53,811 nucleotides of DNA from contig CAVUPH010000023.1 in assembly GCA_963743305.1 (NCBI GenBank), positions 1 through 53,811 on the forward strand. Reading direction: 5' to 3'. This document shows positions 30,558 to 40,120 of this stretch, one piece after another. Source of the stretch: an uncultured delta proteobacterium. Lineage in GTDB: Bacteria > Desulfobacterota > RBG-13-43-22. Every line of letters begins with the position of its first letter. The first letter of the stretch is position 1. The position numbers and the translations under genes are program-made. Below the pieces are notes generated by a model, which was given only the letters and a program-made list of their open reading frames with translations, was not told the DNA's origin and did no database searches.

Positions 30558-30736
30558 TGATTGTCCATCAACGCATAGGCATGGACTAAGATACCAAACC
30601 GATCGTGGTAATCCGCCACGATATCGAGAAACTTCTCCCGATCGGACCCGTCCTGGAAAATATCCTTCCGCTCATTCCCCCGGCTGGTTATATGATACAG
30701 CGCCCCGGGATATTCTATTCTAATCGGCCTTCCCAT
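30558..30736 (-). pseudogene. RAYT N-terminal fragment, copy 2
   Basis: Same motifs and same breakpoint as copy 1 (...HAYALMDNH). Confidence 0.85.
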
Positions 30737-30973
30737 TTTAAGCCCTCGCCCCTTCCATTAGTCAAATGTCAAGACCTGGCACTATTTTCATTCGCATACC
30801 GCCAGAAGACAGGGCGTCCCTTCCAGGGAATTCTTGCAAACCCTCCTCACCGCGAACACGGCGACGGCTCAAGCTGCCCTGTACTGCAATTCGAGTTGCC
30901 CCCTCCAAAGCTACCAGATAAGAAAAAGACTAAACTGTCACCCATGGCATGAAATCTTGATGTTAAAAGCAAC

Positions 30974-31314
30974 CTAATTCAGAAAGTAATCGCTTGCAAG
31001 AGAAGAGACCCAATAATTGACTAGGTGGATATTCAAAAGTATGAAGCGATGGGTTTCTCCTTTTTTTATAGCAAGCTAAAGGCACGGATGACCCCATATA
31101 TTGGAAACTGAATCAGTCCTAACAAAATAAAAGGTTTTGTAATTGATCCATATACATAAGTTGATATCATCGTATAGGGGAAAAGCAATTTTGCAGGCAA
31201 TTAAGAATCATGTCCAGCGGCACCTGCAAAAAGGCAAAACAGAGAGGCAAAGAATTCCATAATTAAAGAAATTAAACAAATTTTCCATGGCTTTATTTCT
31301 AAATTCGTTAACAT
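30974..31314 (-). pseudogene. Decayed small membrane protein, probable immunity gene
   Basis: AT-rich; MLTNLEIKPWKICLISLIMEFFASLFCLFAGAAGHDS*LPAKLLFPYTM...QFPIYG...LL* with in-frame TAA at 31201-31203 and 31066-31068; 3' end approximate. Confidence 0.55.
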
Positions 31315-31365
31315 TTCGTAAATATCTATTTCAGTATCTGTTCAGATTTAATTGTTAAATTAATT

Positions 31366-31765
31366 TCAATTTCTCATCTGATATAAATACCAATTTCCTA
31401 CCCATGCTTTGGTCCATTCATTTGCTTCATTCCATGCAGAAATATCAAAATCGGGTCTGGCCCCATAAAATAAATGCCCCCATCCCTTAATATCAGAACC
31501 CGGATCCCACCGATATCCTTTTTTATAATGCACAAAGTAATCTTGACCTTGGTGCATTAACCTTTCGAACGAATCTTTATTACCGTGACATATTGCCACT
31601 TTTAGATCCTCTCAACGGGTTCCAATGCCCTAAAATGTCTTTTTGGCGAAAGATATGGACTAGTTCTTCCATAATCCTCTTTTACATAGTTGAATGTATT
31701 GCTGCCGAAAAAATCGCTATGCCCCAGGAAAAAATCACCATAATTTACATCCGTCCCTAAAAAAA
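31366..31765 (-). pseudogene. Frameshifted C-terminal toxin-like domain of the YD/Rhs protein
   Basis: An alternate frame is open 31765-31602, then the main frame resumes with ...FERLMHQGQDYFVHY...GWGHLFYG; AT-rich. Confidence 0.6.
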
Positions 31766-34700
31766 CCAACAATGTCACTGAAATTCACCGGATCATTCAT
31801 CACATACCCATACAAATTCGCATCTCCGCCGGCGAAATCGATGGGGTCCTTGGCGGTCCAGCGGCCGATGGCGGGGTCGTAGTCGCGGGCGCCGAAGCGG
31901 ACCAAGCCGGTAGCCCTTTCGTGCAAACCTCCGGCAAAGCCGAAGGGTACCGAAAGGGCGGTATTGGTGTCAACGATTATGTTTCCGAAGGTATCGTAGT
32001 CCACCCGTTTGATAATATTTCCGGAAGGATCAGTCACCGCCCGAAGGGAGCCTATCTGGTCAACCAGGAGATAATAAGTGGATCCATTTTGGGTCATGGA
32101 AATGGGCAGGCGATCATCCCCATAATTAAACCGCGTAACCAGGTTGTCGTTCCCATCGTAAACCGCCAGCAGGGTAGTCGTATCCTTCCAGAGATATTTC
32201 TCTGCGACTGTCCCATTCACCTTTTTGGCGATCCTTCTTCCCAACGGGTCATGGTCGTAGGTGATGGCCGTGGCGTCCGGCAGGGTGGCTGACAGCAGTT
32301 CGCCCCGCGAGGAATAGACGGTGGCCATCTCACCCTGAGCGGTTGTCTTCCCGGTCAAGAACCCGTCGGCATCAAAGTGATAGGCGTCGGTTCCGGCCGA
32401 AATCAGGTGATCTTCAAGGGAATGAGAATAAACCCGTTGATTGATCCCCCGGTACTGGTTCGTCTCCAAAAGCCGGTTGCCATTGGCGTCATAGGTATAA
32501 GCCTCGACGATATCACCGTTTTCCCTGACCTCAACCAGACGCCCGTTGTTATCGTAGGCATAGCCAAAGCTGCGGCTCTCGCTTCCGAAGACCTCAACCT
32601 TGTTCGTGACCCTGCCGGCAGTGTCACGGGTCAGGCTGTACCTATAGGGGCTGACGCCGCCCAAGCTATAGGTGATCCCTTCCAACTCCCCGTATCCGTT
32701 GAAGGTCCGGACGGCGCTAAAGACGCCGTCCGAAATCTCCACCGGTAGCCCGTTCTGGGCATCCCGGGTGACGGTAAAAGTGCCTACGCCGGTCAATAAT
32801 CCGTCGAGGTCATAGGTCAAGGTCTGGGTTGCCCCCCCATAGGTCATCGAAACCAACCGAAAGTCGTTGTCATAGGTATAGGCGATGGTTTGGTTAAGCA
32901 GGCCGCTACGGCTATCGGTTTTCAGCAAGGACCCATCGTAGCCATAGTCGATCTTTTCCGTACCCTTTTCCGCCGCGGCAAGCAAGGGACCGCAGAGGTA
33001 GCTATAGGTTATCTCCCCTTCCGGAGTGGTCACCTTGGATAACCGACCGAAAGTGTAGGTATTGGTGATTTCTTTATTGGAAGGGAAGACAATGGACTTC
33101 AGGTTCCGATCTTTGTCATAGCTATATTGGTAGCTTCCTGAAACGGGCAGGGACATGCTTTTTCGCAAGTTGACCTTGGTGTAATCGAAGCCGTAGCCCA
33201 GGTTATTGGGATTGGTTAAGAGGTCCAGATTACCGTTTAGATCATAGCGGTAACGGAGGAGGGTGTTATCGGGAAAAACCTGGGCCTGAGGCCGGCCCAC
33301 GGTGTCGTAGGTGAAACGATAGGTCTTTTGATCCGGGGTTACCAGACTCTCGATATTCCCTTGCTCATCATAGGCAATCGTCGAGGTCCTGCTCCCCCAC
33401 CTGCTGCCGGTTATTCTCCCCCGCTCATCGTAGGCATAGCTCAGGGGAAGGAATCCGGCTACCGAAATGTTCTGGGTCAGGAGATTCTCCGGGTTATAGG
33501 TCCGGGTGGCGGTCCGCCCCAGCGGAGAAGTGGAAGTCAAGGTTCCGCTGAGGGTATTATGGGTGGAGATCCAGGTTTTTCCATTCAGGCTCAGTGTTTT
33601 CGTGATGCGATCCGGAAGGGTATCTCTATTGGTATCCTCATAGATCTTAGCATCCGTCGCGACCCGCGTGAGCCCTGCCGGTGAGCGTTGGCTAAATTCT
33701 TTAAGGTAACGGTAGCGAAAGATCGAATCAATGTCGTATTTCATCGTTAGGCCCGGGCCGCAGGAGGATTGTTCCGTTTCACTGAGACCGTCGTATGAAC
33801 GGAAAAAGGAGGAAACCGAGCCCGAGGGATCCGTTTTCCGCGAGGTATAATTGCCGCCAAAGTCGGTCCGATCCTCATAGGTGGCGGCATTTCCTTCGGC
33901 GGTTTGGATGGCGATGGAAACGGTACCGGCGTTATCCATCGTTCGGGAAAAGCCCCAATTCCCTCCTTCCGGGTCAAAAACCTGGGTGATCAAGCCGGAG
34001 GCATCGTATCGATGTCCGTAGCGATTACCCCGGGAATCCACTTTCTCGGTCAGCAGGCCTTCGGGAGTATACGCGAAGGTATAGACCGCGTTGTCCGGAT
34101 AGGCAATTGCCGTGAGATGATTCCTCCCATCCACCGTTAATCGCGTCATCTGCCCGTCCGGCGAGGTGATGGAAAGAGGAACTCCGCTTCCAGCCCTTTG
34201 AATGACCGTTTGATTGTTGAACCGGTCGGTGATGGAAATCAGTCGGTTGTCCTGATCATAGCCAAAGGCGATTAAAGTCTTTCCCGTGACCAAATCATAG
34301 GTCGTCCGGTGGGTCCCGGTGCTATCTAATATATACCCTTGGGCGTTATCATCGGTAAAAACAGTATCCCCGGCAAAGCCCTGGGATTGAAACGCTCCGG
34401 GCCAGGAGATCTTCTTGATCTTTCCATAACCCGAAATGGTCACATAGATATTTCCGGCGCTATCCACCGTCAGGCCCGCGGGATCATGGACTGTGGCTTG
34501 CGTGGCTGGCCCCCCGTCCCCGTTATTATTTTCCCGTTCGCCATTACCGGCAATAGTGGTGATAATTCCACCCGTATCCACCATCCGTATCCGGTAATTG
34601 TAGGCATCGGCCACATAAAGATTCCCGGTTCGGTCTAACGCCAGGCCTTGGGGGTAAGCTAAATTGGCTTGGGTGGCCGGCCCACCATCGCCGCTGAACC

Positions 34701-37700
34701 CCCTTTGGCCGTTGCCCGCTATGGTGATGATCATCCCGCTGGGATCCACTTTTCTGACCCGGTTGTTGTACGCATCGCTAAAATAAATATTCCCCTGGGC
34801 GTCCACCACCAGACCGCTGGGAAATCCCAACTCGGCCTGGATAGCCGGTCCCCCGTCGCCGCTGTACCCCATTTGCCCATTGCCGGCGATGGTGGTTATG
34901 ATCCCATTCGGATCCACTTTTCTGATCCGGTTATTCCAGGTGTCCGTAATATAGACATTCCCATAGGCGTCGAGCGCCAGGTCTTCCGGATAGTTCAACC
35001 GGGCTTCGGTGGCCGGGCCCCCGTCGCCGCTGAACCCCTGCTGCCGATTTCCAGCAATGATCGTGAACTGACCCGCTGAATCTATTTTTCCGATAAAGCC
35101 CCCGAAATAAGCATCCGGGTTGGTAAAATAAAGTTTGCCGGCCTCGTCTAAAGCCAGACCGAAAGGTCTAACCAGACCGATATTGGTTTCCAGCGTCGGG
35201 TAATAAGTAATCAGCCCGCTGGGATCCAACTTCATATAACGATAGTTGTACCCATCGGAGAAATAGATATTCCCGGTTTTATCCACCACGACCCCTCGAA
35301 AAAAACTCAACCCATCCACTCCCGGGGTGGCGGAAGCCGCGGTGGTGATGGTCCGGATATTATTCCGCAGCGTAGTGCCATCCCCTTGGTGTAAGGTATT
35401 CGGATCGCTCGGATACAGGAGATGGTGTGCCGATAGGGTCCAGCCCTCGGCTAAGTCGCCTTTCCCCCGGTAGAGGGTTAACGTACTTTCCTTCCAAGCG
35501 ATGATCGTCTCCCGAGCCTGGACCCAGGTGGCCTCAGTCCCGGGCTGGGCGAAGGCTTGCGCGAAAATACTGGAGCCGGAATAGTAGACCGGCGGATATT
35601 CAAATCCGATGCGGACCCGCGCCCGGGCTGAGCCGACCACTTCCCGGCCCAGGTAATCTCGGCCGTCCCAGATAAATTCCGCCTGCCGGTTGGGTTGAGG
35701 CGGCAGGGTAACTTCATAAACTCGCCCGGCCACCTCCATTTTGACGATAATCGCCAGCAGGCTGGCCGGCACGCTGGAACCGCTCGCCGGGATGGTGACC
35801 CGGGGCTTGAAGCCCGGCGTCCGATTGCTGGCGTAATGGAGGAACAGATCCGTGCCGGGAAGCGGAAGATCTTCATGAAAAGTGCACTCTTGGTTCTCCA
35901 CATAAGAGCTGAGGTGCGTCAGCTCACAATCCATTCCTTTGATGGCGGTGACTGGCGGACTAGGCGGATTGGGGCCAATGGCCCCCGCGGGTGGCCCGTA
36001 GGGCCAGTTACAATCCCAGGGCGTAAAATGATTGATCTCCACCCGCCAGAAGGTGCTGCCGGGGACAAAACGATCCCGGTCGCTTAAGCCCTCTGCCGGG
36101 TATTGGTTTTGACCGTCCGTGTAGGCATCAACGATCCCGTCCCCGTTCGTATCCAAAAGCCGCACAACCACTCCATTATTGGACGGCGCCCACACCGCCC
36201 GATCCCGGTCGTAGAATCCGACCGGCACCACCTCCCCCACATTGAAGCCGAGGAAGTTGTCCACCCAGACCACCACGGGTTTTTCAAAACGGACGTTTTT
36301 AGCCCCGTCTACAGTCAGCTCGGCGCAATAGGTAAAGGCCGAGGTGGGCGGGAGTTTAGCCGGCATGGACTCCGGAGTGGTGAACTCCGTAGCCCGAACG
36401 GTGATCTGCGTCAAGGCCTGGTCGTTGCCCTGCGCATCCTTCACCCAGGCCCGGTTATCTCCGGAGAAAACCATGGTCAGGGACCGGCTGCCGAAGGCAT
36501 CGGAGATCAGGGAGCTGGTATGCCTGTGTATCGTGGCGGCATTACCGTCAAAGGTAACGGTGGTCGCCGCCGAATCTTCAGCGAGCATGACCAGCGTCTC
36601 CGCCGTGGCGATGGTATTCCAACCCGCCTCGATCGAACGGTGCGCCGTCAGGAAGCCGGTTTTCTGATAAGCAATCGTGAAGGTGGCGCCTCCATCCAGC
36701 GGGAGGGAAAACCTTCCCCCGGTATCGGTTGAGGCGGTCCCGTATTCGAGTTGCCCCTGGATGGATACGGTCACTCCGGAAAGGGGAAATCCATCAGCAT
36801 CCCGCACCAGTCCGGTAATCAGGGAAAACCGTTTCGGGTCATAGCTGGGAATGGTGGCATCCGGGGGAAAGAGATCTTCATAGGGCTTTCCGTAAGACCC
36901 GCCCGGCAGGGGGGCCACGCTGGAGACCGCCGTAACCGAAAAATCCTGCGACTCCGACCGGCCGCCGCCCGGCGCCGGGTTGCCGACCGTTACCGAATAG
37001 GTTCCGGGATCCTTGACAGCCTCCGCCGGGATCACGACTTCCAGCCGCCCGCTGTCCAGAAACACTACCGGGACCGTCCTTTGGCCGAAGAGCACCGTTG
37101 ATGCCCGGGTGAAATTGGCGCCGGTCAGGGTTAAAGTGAAATCAGGCCCTCCGGCCTTCACGGCCTGCGGATTAATCGAGGAAAGAAGCGGGAGCGGATT
37201 CAAAATGGAAAGGGAAATCGTGTTCGACGGCCCGCCTCCCGGACCGGGATTAATAACCGCCACGGCCGGATCTCCGGCCGTTTCCAGGTCGCCCGCAGTC
37301 AGACCGACGTGGAGACGCGTGCCGTTCACCAGGGTATAGGCCTTAGCCTGTCCCCCGACGGTCAAAAGGCTCTCGGCGATAAATCCGGAACCATAGACCT
37401 CAAGCAAAACATCTTGAGTCCCGGCCGAGACCGTTGCCGGATTGAGGGCCGTGAGCAGGGGCGAAGGGTTTTTGACCGCGAAATCCTTACTGTTGGATGG
37501 CCCCCCCTGCGGCTCGGGATTGAAAACCTTCAGGGGAAAGAGGCCTCCCTGGGAAAACAGTTCTTTGGGAATGAGCAACTCCAGATGGCAGTTGTCCAAG
37601 AGGGTGGTGGCCAGGGGCCGGTCGCTGAAGTACCCCTCCGAGGCCTTAATGAATCCTTTCCCCTCCAGGGTGATGGTTCGGTCGTCTTCCCCGCGAGAGG

Positions 37701-38808
37701 CCTCCGCGGGCGTCACGGCGGTTATCTCGGGCGTCGGGTTGGGCAACTGGATTTCCAGCACGCCTCTTTCCAGCACCAGTGGAGCTGGCGATATCCAATA
37801 GGACCCCAGGAAGGAATTTCTGAAACGGTCCAAGGCCACCGCCTTCATCATTGGGTCATTGTTCAGGGGATAGTCCCGGGCCATGAGGGTGGAGAGGTCT
37901 ATCAGGACAAAGCCTCCTTCCCCGATAACCACCGCCATCCGGGTAGCCGGGTTGATATCCACGCCCACGTAGTCCTCCCCCTCTGCGACTCCCGCCCCGG
38001 TTTTCACTTCGCCGGTAAGTGAAATCAATGGCCGGATAGTGGAAACCAGGGTCCCCGACTGGATATCAATCAAATGGATGGCCTCCCGGCCCACGACCAC
38101 GGCCCTATCCATATCTTTCGCCGCGGCCAATCCCAGGATCCCTTCCTCAAATTTCATTTCCTGGAGCAGGGCCCCGGTGTTCAAGTCAACAATCAAAAGC
38201 AGGTTGGCTTCGATCGAACCCCAATGTTCCTTGGCGGAAACCACCGCTCGATCGGACCCGGGATCGAGGGCGATACGCTTCGGCCGGTAGGCCAGGGGTA
38301 TTTCCTTGATCTTTTCCAGGGCCTCTGTTGATAGTAGAAGGAGCTTGTTCTCATCCGCCGAGGCCACGACGGCTATCCCCTTCTCCGGGTTTATGGCGAT
38401 CCCCTGGGGGTTTTCGGGCATCGACCGCCTGTTGAGGATTTCCCCGTCGGCGTTCAAGACATAGAGCGAATCGCCGGGGAACGGCCCCCGGGCAATGACA
38501 TAAGCCTGATTATTTTGGGGGTTGACCGCCAACCCGGTAGGTCTTTGAGGAAGGCCGACTTTTTTTCTGACCCGGGAGGACTCCAGGTCCAGCACATACA
38601 GGAGTCTGCCTATCTTGGAGATCCCGTAAGCCAGGCCGGTGCCCGGGGAAAGGGCCAGTTGATCGATTATTTTATCAGTGGAAATCTTACCCAGAACAGC
38701 CAGGGCCGGATCATCCTGCCCCCAGGTAATCGGCGGGAAGAAACATGAATTGAAGGAGATAGCCAGACAAACGAAGCGAAACAGCCATGAACGAACCATG
38801 CGGTCCAC
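31735..38808 (-). CDS. Bacterial teneurin-like NHL/YD-repeat (Rhs) protein with N-terminal beta-propeller and IPT/TIG repeats
   Basis: Signal peptide; IPT repeats (NP.PGGG.SN); FHEDLPLPGTDLFLHYASNR and FIWDGRDYLGR segments; GFSGDGGPA NHL repeats; YD repeats; Rhs core RFGARDYDP..GRWTAKDP..YGYVMNDPVNFSD. Confidence 0.88.
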   Translation of the reverse strand: MDRMVRSWLFRFVCLAISFNSCFFPPITWGQDDPALAVLGKISTDKIIDQLALSPGTGLAYGISKIGRLLYVLDLESSRVRKKVGLPQRPTGLAVNPQNNQAYVIARGPFPGDSLYVLNADGEILNRRSMPENPQGIAINPEKGIAVVASADENKLLLLSTEALEKIKEIPLAYRPKRIALDPGSDRAVVSAKEHWGSIEANLLLIVDLNTGALLQEMKFEEGILGLAAAKDMDRAVVVGREAIHLIDIQSGTLVSTIRPLISLTGEVKTGAGVAEGEDYVGVDINPATRMAVVIGEGGFVLIDLSTLMARDYPLNNDPMMKAVALDRFRNSFLGSYWISPAPLVLERGVLEIQLPNPTPEITAVTPAEASRGEDDRTITLEGKGFIKASEGYFSDRPLATTLLDNCHLELLIPKELFSQGGLFPLKVFNPEPQGGPSNSKDFAVKNPSPLLTALNPATVSAGTQDVLLEVYGSGFIAESLLTVGGQAKAYTLVNGTRLHVGLTAGDLETAGDPAVAVINPGPGGGPSNTISLSILNPLPLLSSINPQAVKAGGPDFTLTLTGANFTRASTVLFGQRTVPVVFLDSGRLEVVIPAEAVKDPGTYSVTVGNPAPGGGRSESQDFSVTAVSSVAPLPGGSYGKPYEDLFPPDATIPSYDPKRFSLITGLVRDADGFPLSGVTVSIQGQLEYGTASTDTGGRFSLPLDGGATFTIAYQKTGFLTAHRSIEAGWNTIATAETLVMLAEDSAATTVTFDGNAATIHRHTSSLISDAFGSRSLTMVFSGDNRAWVKDAQGNDQALTQITVRATEFTTPESMPAKLPPTSAFTYCAELTVDGAKNVRFEKPVVVWVDNFLGFNVGEVVPVGFYDRDRAVWAPSNNGVVVRLLDTNGDGIVDAYTDGQNQYPAEGLSDRDRFVPGSTFWRVEINHFTPWDCNWPYGPPAGAIGPNPPSPPVTAIKGMDCELTHLSSYVENQECTFHEDLPLPGTDLFLHYASNRTPGFKPRVTIPASGSSVPASLLAIIVKMEVAGRVYEVTLPPQPNRQAEFIWDGRDYLGREVVGSARARVRIGFEYPPVYYSGSSIFAQAFAQPGTEATWVQARETIIAWKESTLTLYRGKGDLAEGWTLSAHHLLYPSDPNTLHQGDGTTLRNNIRTITTAASATPGVDGLSFFRGVVVDKTGNIYFSDGYNYRYMKLDPSGLITYYPTLETNIGLVRPFGLALDEAGKLYFTNPDAYFGGFIGKIDSAGQFTIIAGNRQQGFSGDGGPATEARLNYPEDLALDAYGNVYITDTWNNRIRKVDPNGIITTIAGNGQMGYSGDGGPAIQAELGFPSGLVVDAQGNIYFSDAYNNRVRKVDPSGMIITIAGNGQRGFSGDGGPATQANLAYPQGLALDRTGNLYVADAYNYRIRMVDTGGIITTIAGNGERENNNGDGGPATQATVHDPAGLTVDSAGNIYVTISGYGKIKKISWPGAFQSQGFAGDTVFTDDNAQGYILDSTGTHRTTYDLVTGKTLIAFGYDQDNRLISITDRFNNQTVIQRAGSGVPLSITSPDGQMTRLTVDGRNHLTAIAYPDNAVYTFAYTPEGLLTEKVDSRGNRYGHRYDASGLITQVFDPEGGNWGFSRTMDNAGTVSIAIQTAEGNAATYEDRTDFGGNYTSRKTDPSGSVSSFFRSYDGLSETEQSSCGPGLTMKYDIDSIFRYRYLKEFSQRSPAGLTRVATDAKIYEDTNRDTLPDRITKTLSLNGKTWISTHNTLSGTLTSTSPLGRTATRTYNPENLLTQNISVAGFLPLSYAYDERGRITGSRWGSRTSTIAYDEQGNIESLVTPDQKTYRFTYDTVGRPQAQVFPDNTLLRYRYDLNGNLDLLTNPNNLGYGFDYTKVNLRKSMSLPVSGSYQYSYDKDRNLKSIVFPSNKEITNTYTFGRLSKVTTPEGEITYSYLCGPLLAAAEKGTEKIDYGYDGSLLKTDSRSGLLNQTIAYTYDNDFRLVSMTYGGATQTLTYDLDGLLTGVGTFTVTRDAQNGLPVEISDGVFSAVRTFNGYGELEGITYSLGGVSPYRYSLTRDTAGRVTNKVEVFGSESRSFGYAYDNNGRLVEVRENGDIVEAYTYDANGNRLLETNQYRGINQRVYSHSLEDHLISAGTDAYHFDADGFLTGKTTAQGEMATVYSSRGELLSATLPDATAITYDHDPLGRRIAKKVNGTVAEKYLWKDTTTLLAVYDGNDNLVTRFNYGDDRLPISMTQNGSTYYLLVDQIGSLRAVTDPSGNIIKRVDYDTFGNIIVDTNTALSVPFGFAGGLHERATGLVRFGARDYDPAIGRWTAKDPIDFAGGDANLYGYVMNDPVNFSDIVGFFRDGCKLW

Positions 38809-38954
38809 CCTTCATCTTCTAAATCCGTACTGCAGAAGAAATATTTTTTGGTGGGATATTATCGTACTAAAACCTCCAAAGCAATCCCTCAAAAGTAGGG
38901 ATTCTTGATTTAATACGAAAATTGAAGCTTCGGTGGTTATTCCAGCTCTCTTGA

Positions 38955-39029
38955 AATCCCCCTAAATCCCCCTTTGCTAAAGGGGGACTTTAACTCCCCC
39001 CTTTAGCAAAGGGGGGCGGGGGGGGATTT
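38955..39029. repeat. Palindromic intergenic repeat (CCCCCTTT.CTAAAGGGGG type)
   Basis: aatccccc...ccccctttgctaaaggggg...ccccctttagcaaagggggg...gggggatt. Confidence 0.65.
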
Positions 39030-39090
39030 TCATGCTTCGGGGTGCCCGCTCCGGACATGGGGGTTAGTATGTAATATAGCCCCGCCCTCC

Positions 39091-39215
39091 TGTCATTGCG
39101 AGTGAGGCGAAGCAATCCCCTTATTGAGCTTGGGGAGCGTTGTAAGCCAACTGGGGGATTGCTTCGTCGCTTCACTCCTCGCAATGACAACCCTGAGGAC
39201 TTTTTGTGAAACCAT
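39091..39215. repeat. REP/MITE-like palindromic element, family A copy 6 (inverted orientation)
   Basis: TGTCATTGCGAG..GAAGCAATCCCC...GGGGATTGCTTCGTCGCTTCACTCCTCGCAATGACA..GGACTTTTTGTGAAACCAT. Confidence 0.85.
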
Positions 39216-39402
39216 AAAAAAAGGAATGATTGGACTATCGGAATACTTTACGATTTGTCGGAAAGAAATGGGAGATGAGGAAGGTGTTCAGAGGGTATCA
39301 GAAAGTCACAATTTGAAAATGAGTAGCCATATCGAATCGTTATCGGGTTGTTTAACCTGGTCAACAAGGGGACGAAAGATTGGCGTTCGCATTCCATAAA
39401 GA

Positions 39403-40041
39403 GTGGATAACGAATGCTTAATTGCAAATAAAAAGAAACGGGAGGGAGCACCTAATGTTTATGGTTCTCCGGAATATTCTGCCTGGGAGGCTGACGCTTT
39501 CGCGAAGGCTTATGCCAGCACTTTTGTGAATATGGCAAACGGCATTAATCCGGTGAATGACGGTACGACGAACTTCGAAATACAAGATGAGGTTGTTTAC
39601 AGCTTCGGTGATCTGGGAAAACGGTTAACCTGGATCTACTGGATACCTGGAGAAACCATCAGCAGTCTCACTGACTCTCCTGATCGATTTCAGATCAGCC
39701 TGACCAATATCTGGGATGGCGTTTCTGAGGATTTCTATTATTCTTACTATGGTTCAACGTGGTTAGAACCCACAAAATGGATAGATTATAATGGTGGGGT
39801 CATTGGGACCGCCGGAATGGCTTGGTGGGGTGCTTATGGAGTAAATACGCAGGCAGCCCTGGATGCGGACATTGCGGCATGGATCACCTCTGAAGAATCT
39901 TGGAAATTCACCGCGAAACTGGATGGGCAAGAAACCTCGATTACTTCGAATCGTTCCGCCGTCCCCGAACCCGCCACCTTGCTGCTTCTTGGCTTTGGCT
40001 TGGTCGGTTTGGCAGGAGTTCGGAGGAAGTTTAGAAGTTAG
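39403..40041 (+). CDS. PEP-CTERM sorting-domain protein, probably 5'-truncated
   Basis: C-terminal VPEPATLLLLGFGLVGLAGVRRKFRS; no N-terminal signal peptide visible. Confidence 0.8.
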   Translation: MDNECLIANKKKREGAPNVYGSPEYSAWEADAFAKAYASTFVNMANGINPVNDGTTNFEIQDEVVYSFGDLGKRLTWIYWIPGETISSLTDSPDRFQISLTNIWDGVSEDFYYSYYGSTWLEPTKWIDYNGGVIGTAGMAWWGAYGVNTQAALDADIAAWITSEESWKFTAKLDGQETSITSNRSAVPEPATLLLLGFGLVGLAGVRRKFRS

Positions 40042-40120
40042 AGCGGATTTCATCTTCAAATCAAAAGGCAGAGCCAAACCGGCGAGCCGATCGCTTAACG
40101 TGTTGAAAACTTCTTAACAT

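Larger units (their letters stand above)
29943..30779. repeat. Tandem duplication of ~380-bp units (29943-30321 and 30400-30779), each a family-A REP-like element plus a RAYT 5' fragment
   Basis: Near-identical sequence in both units; REP copies 4 (29943-30098) and 5 (30400-30557). Confidence 0.9.

Noticed and set aside
31735-31737. TGA after the Rhs core as a selenocysteine or readthrough codon
   Set aside because: Further TAG and TGA stops follow in that frame; paired frameshifts explain the region better
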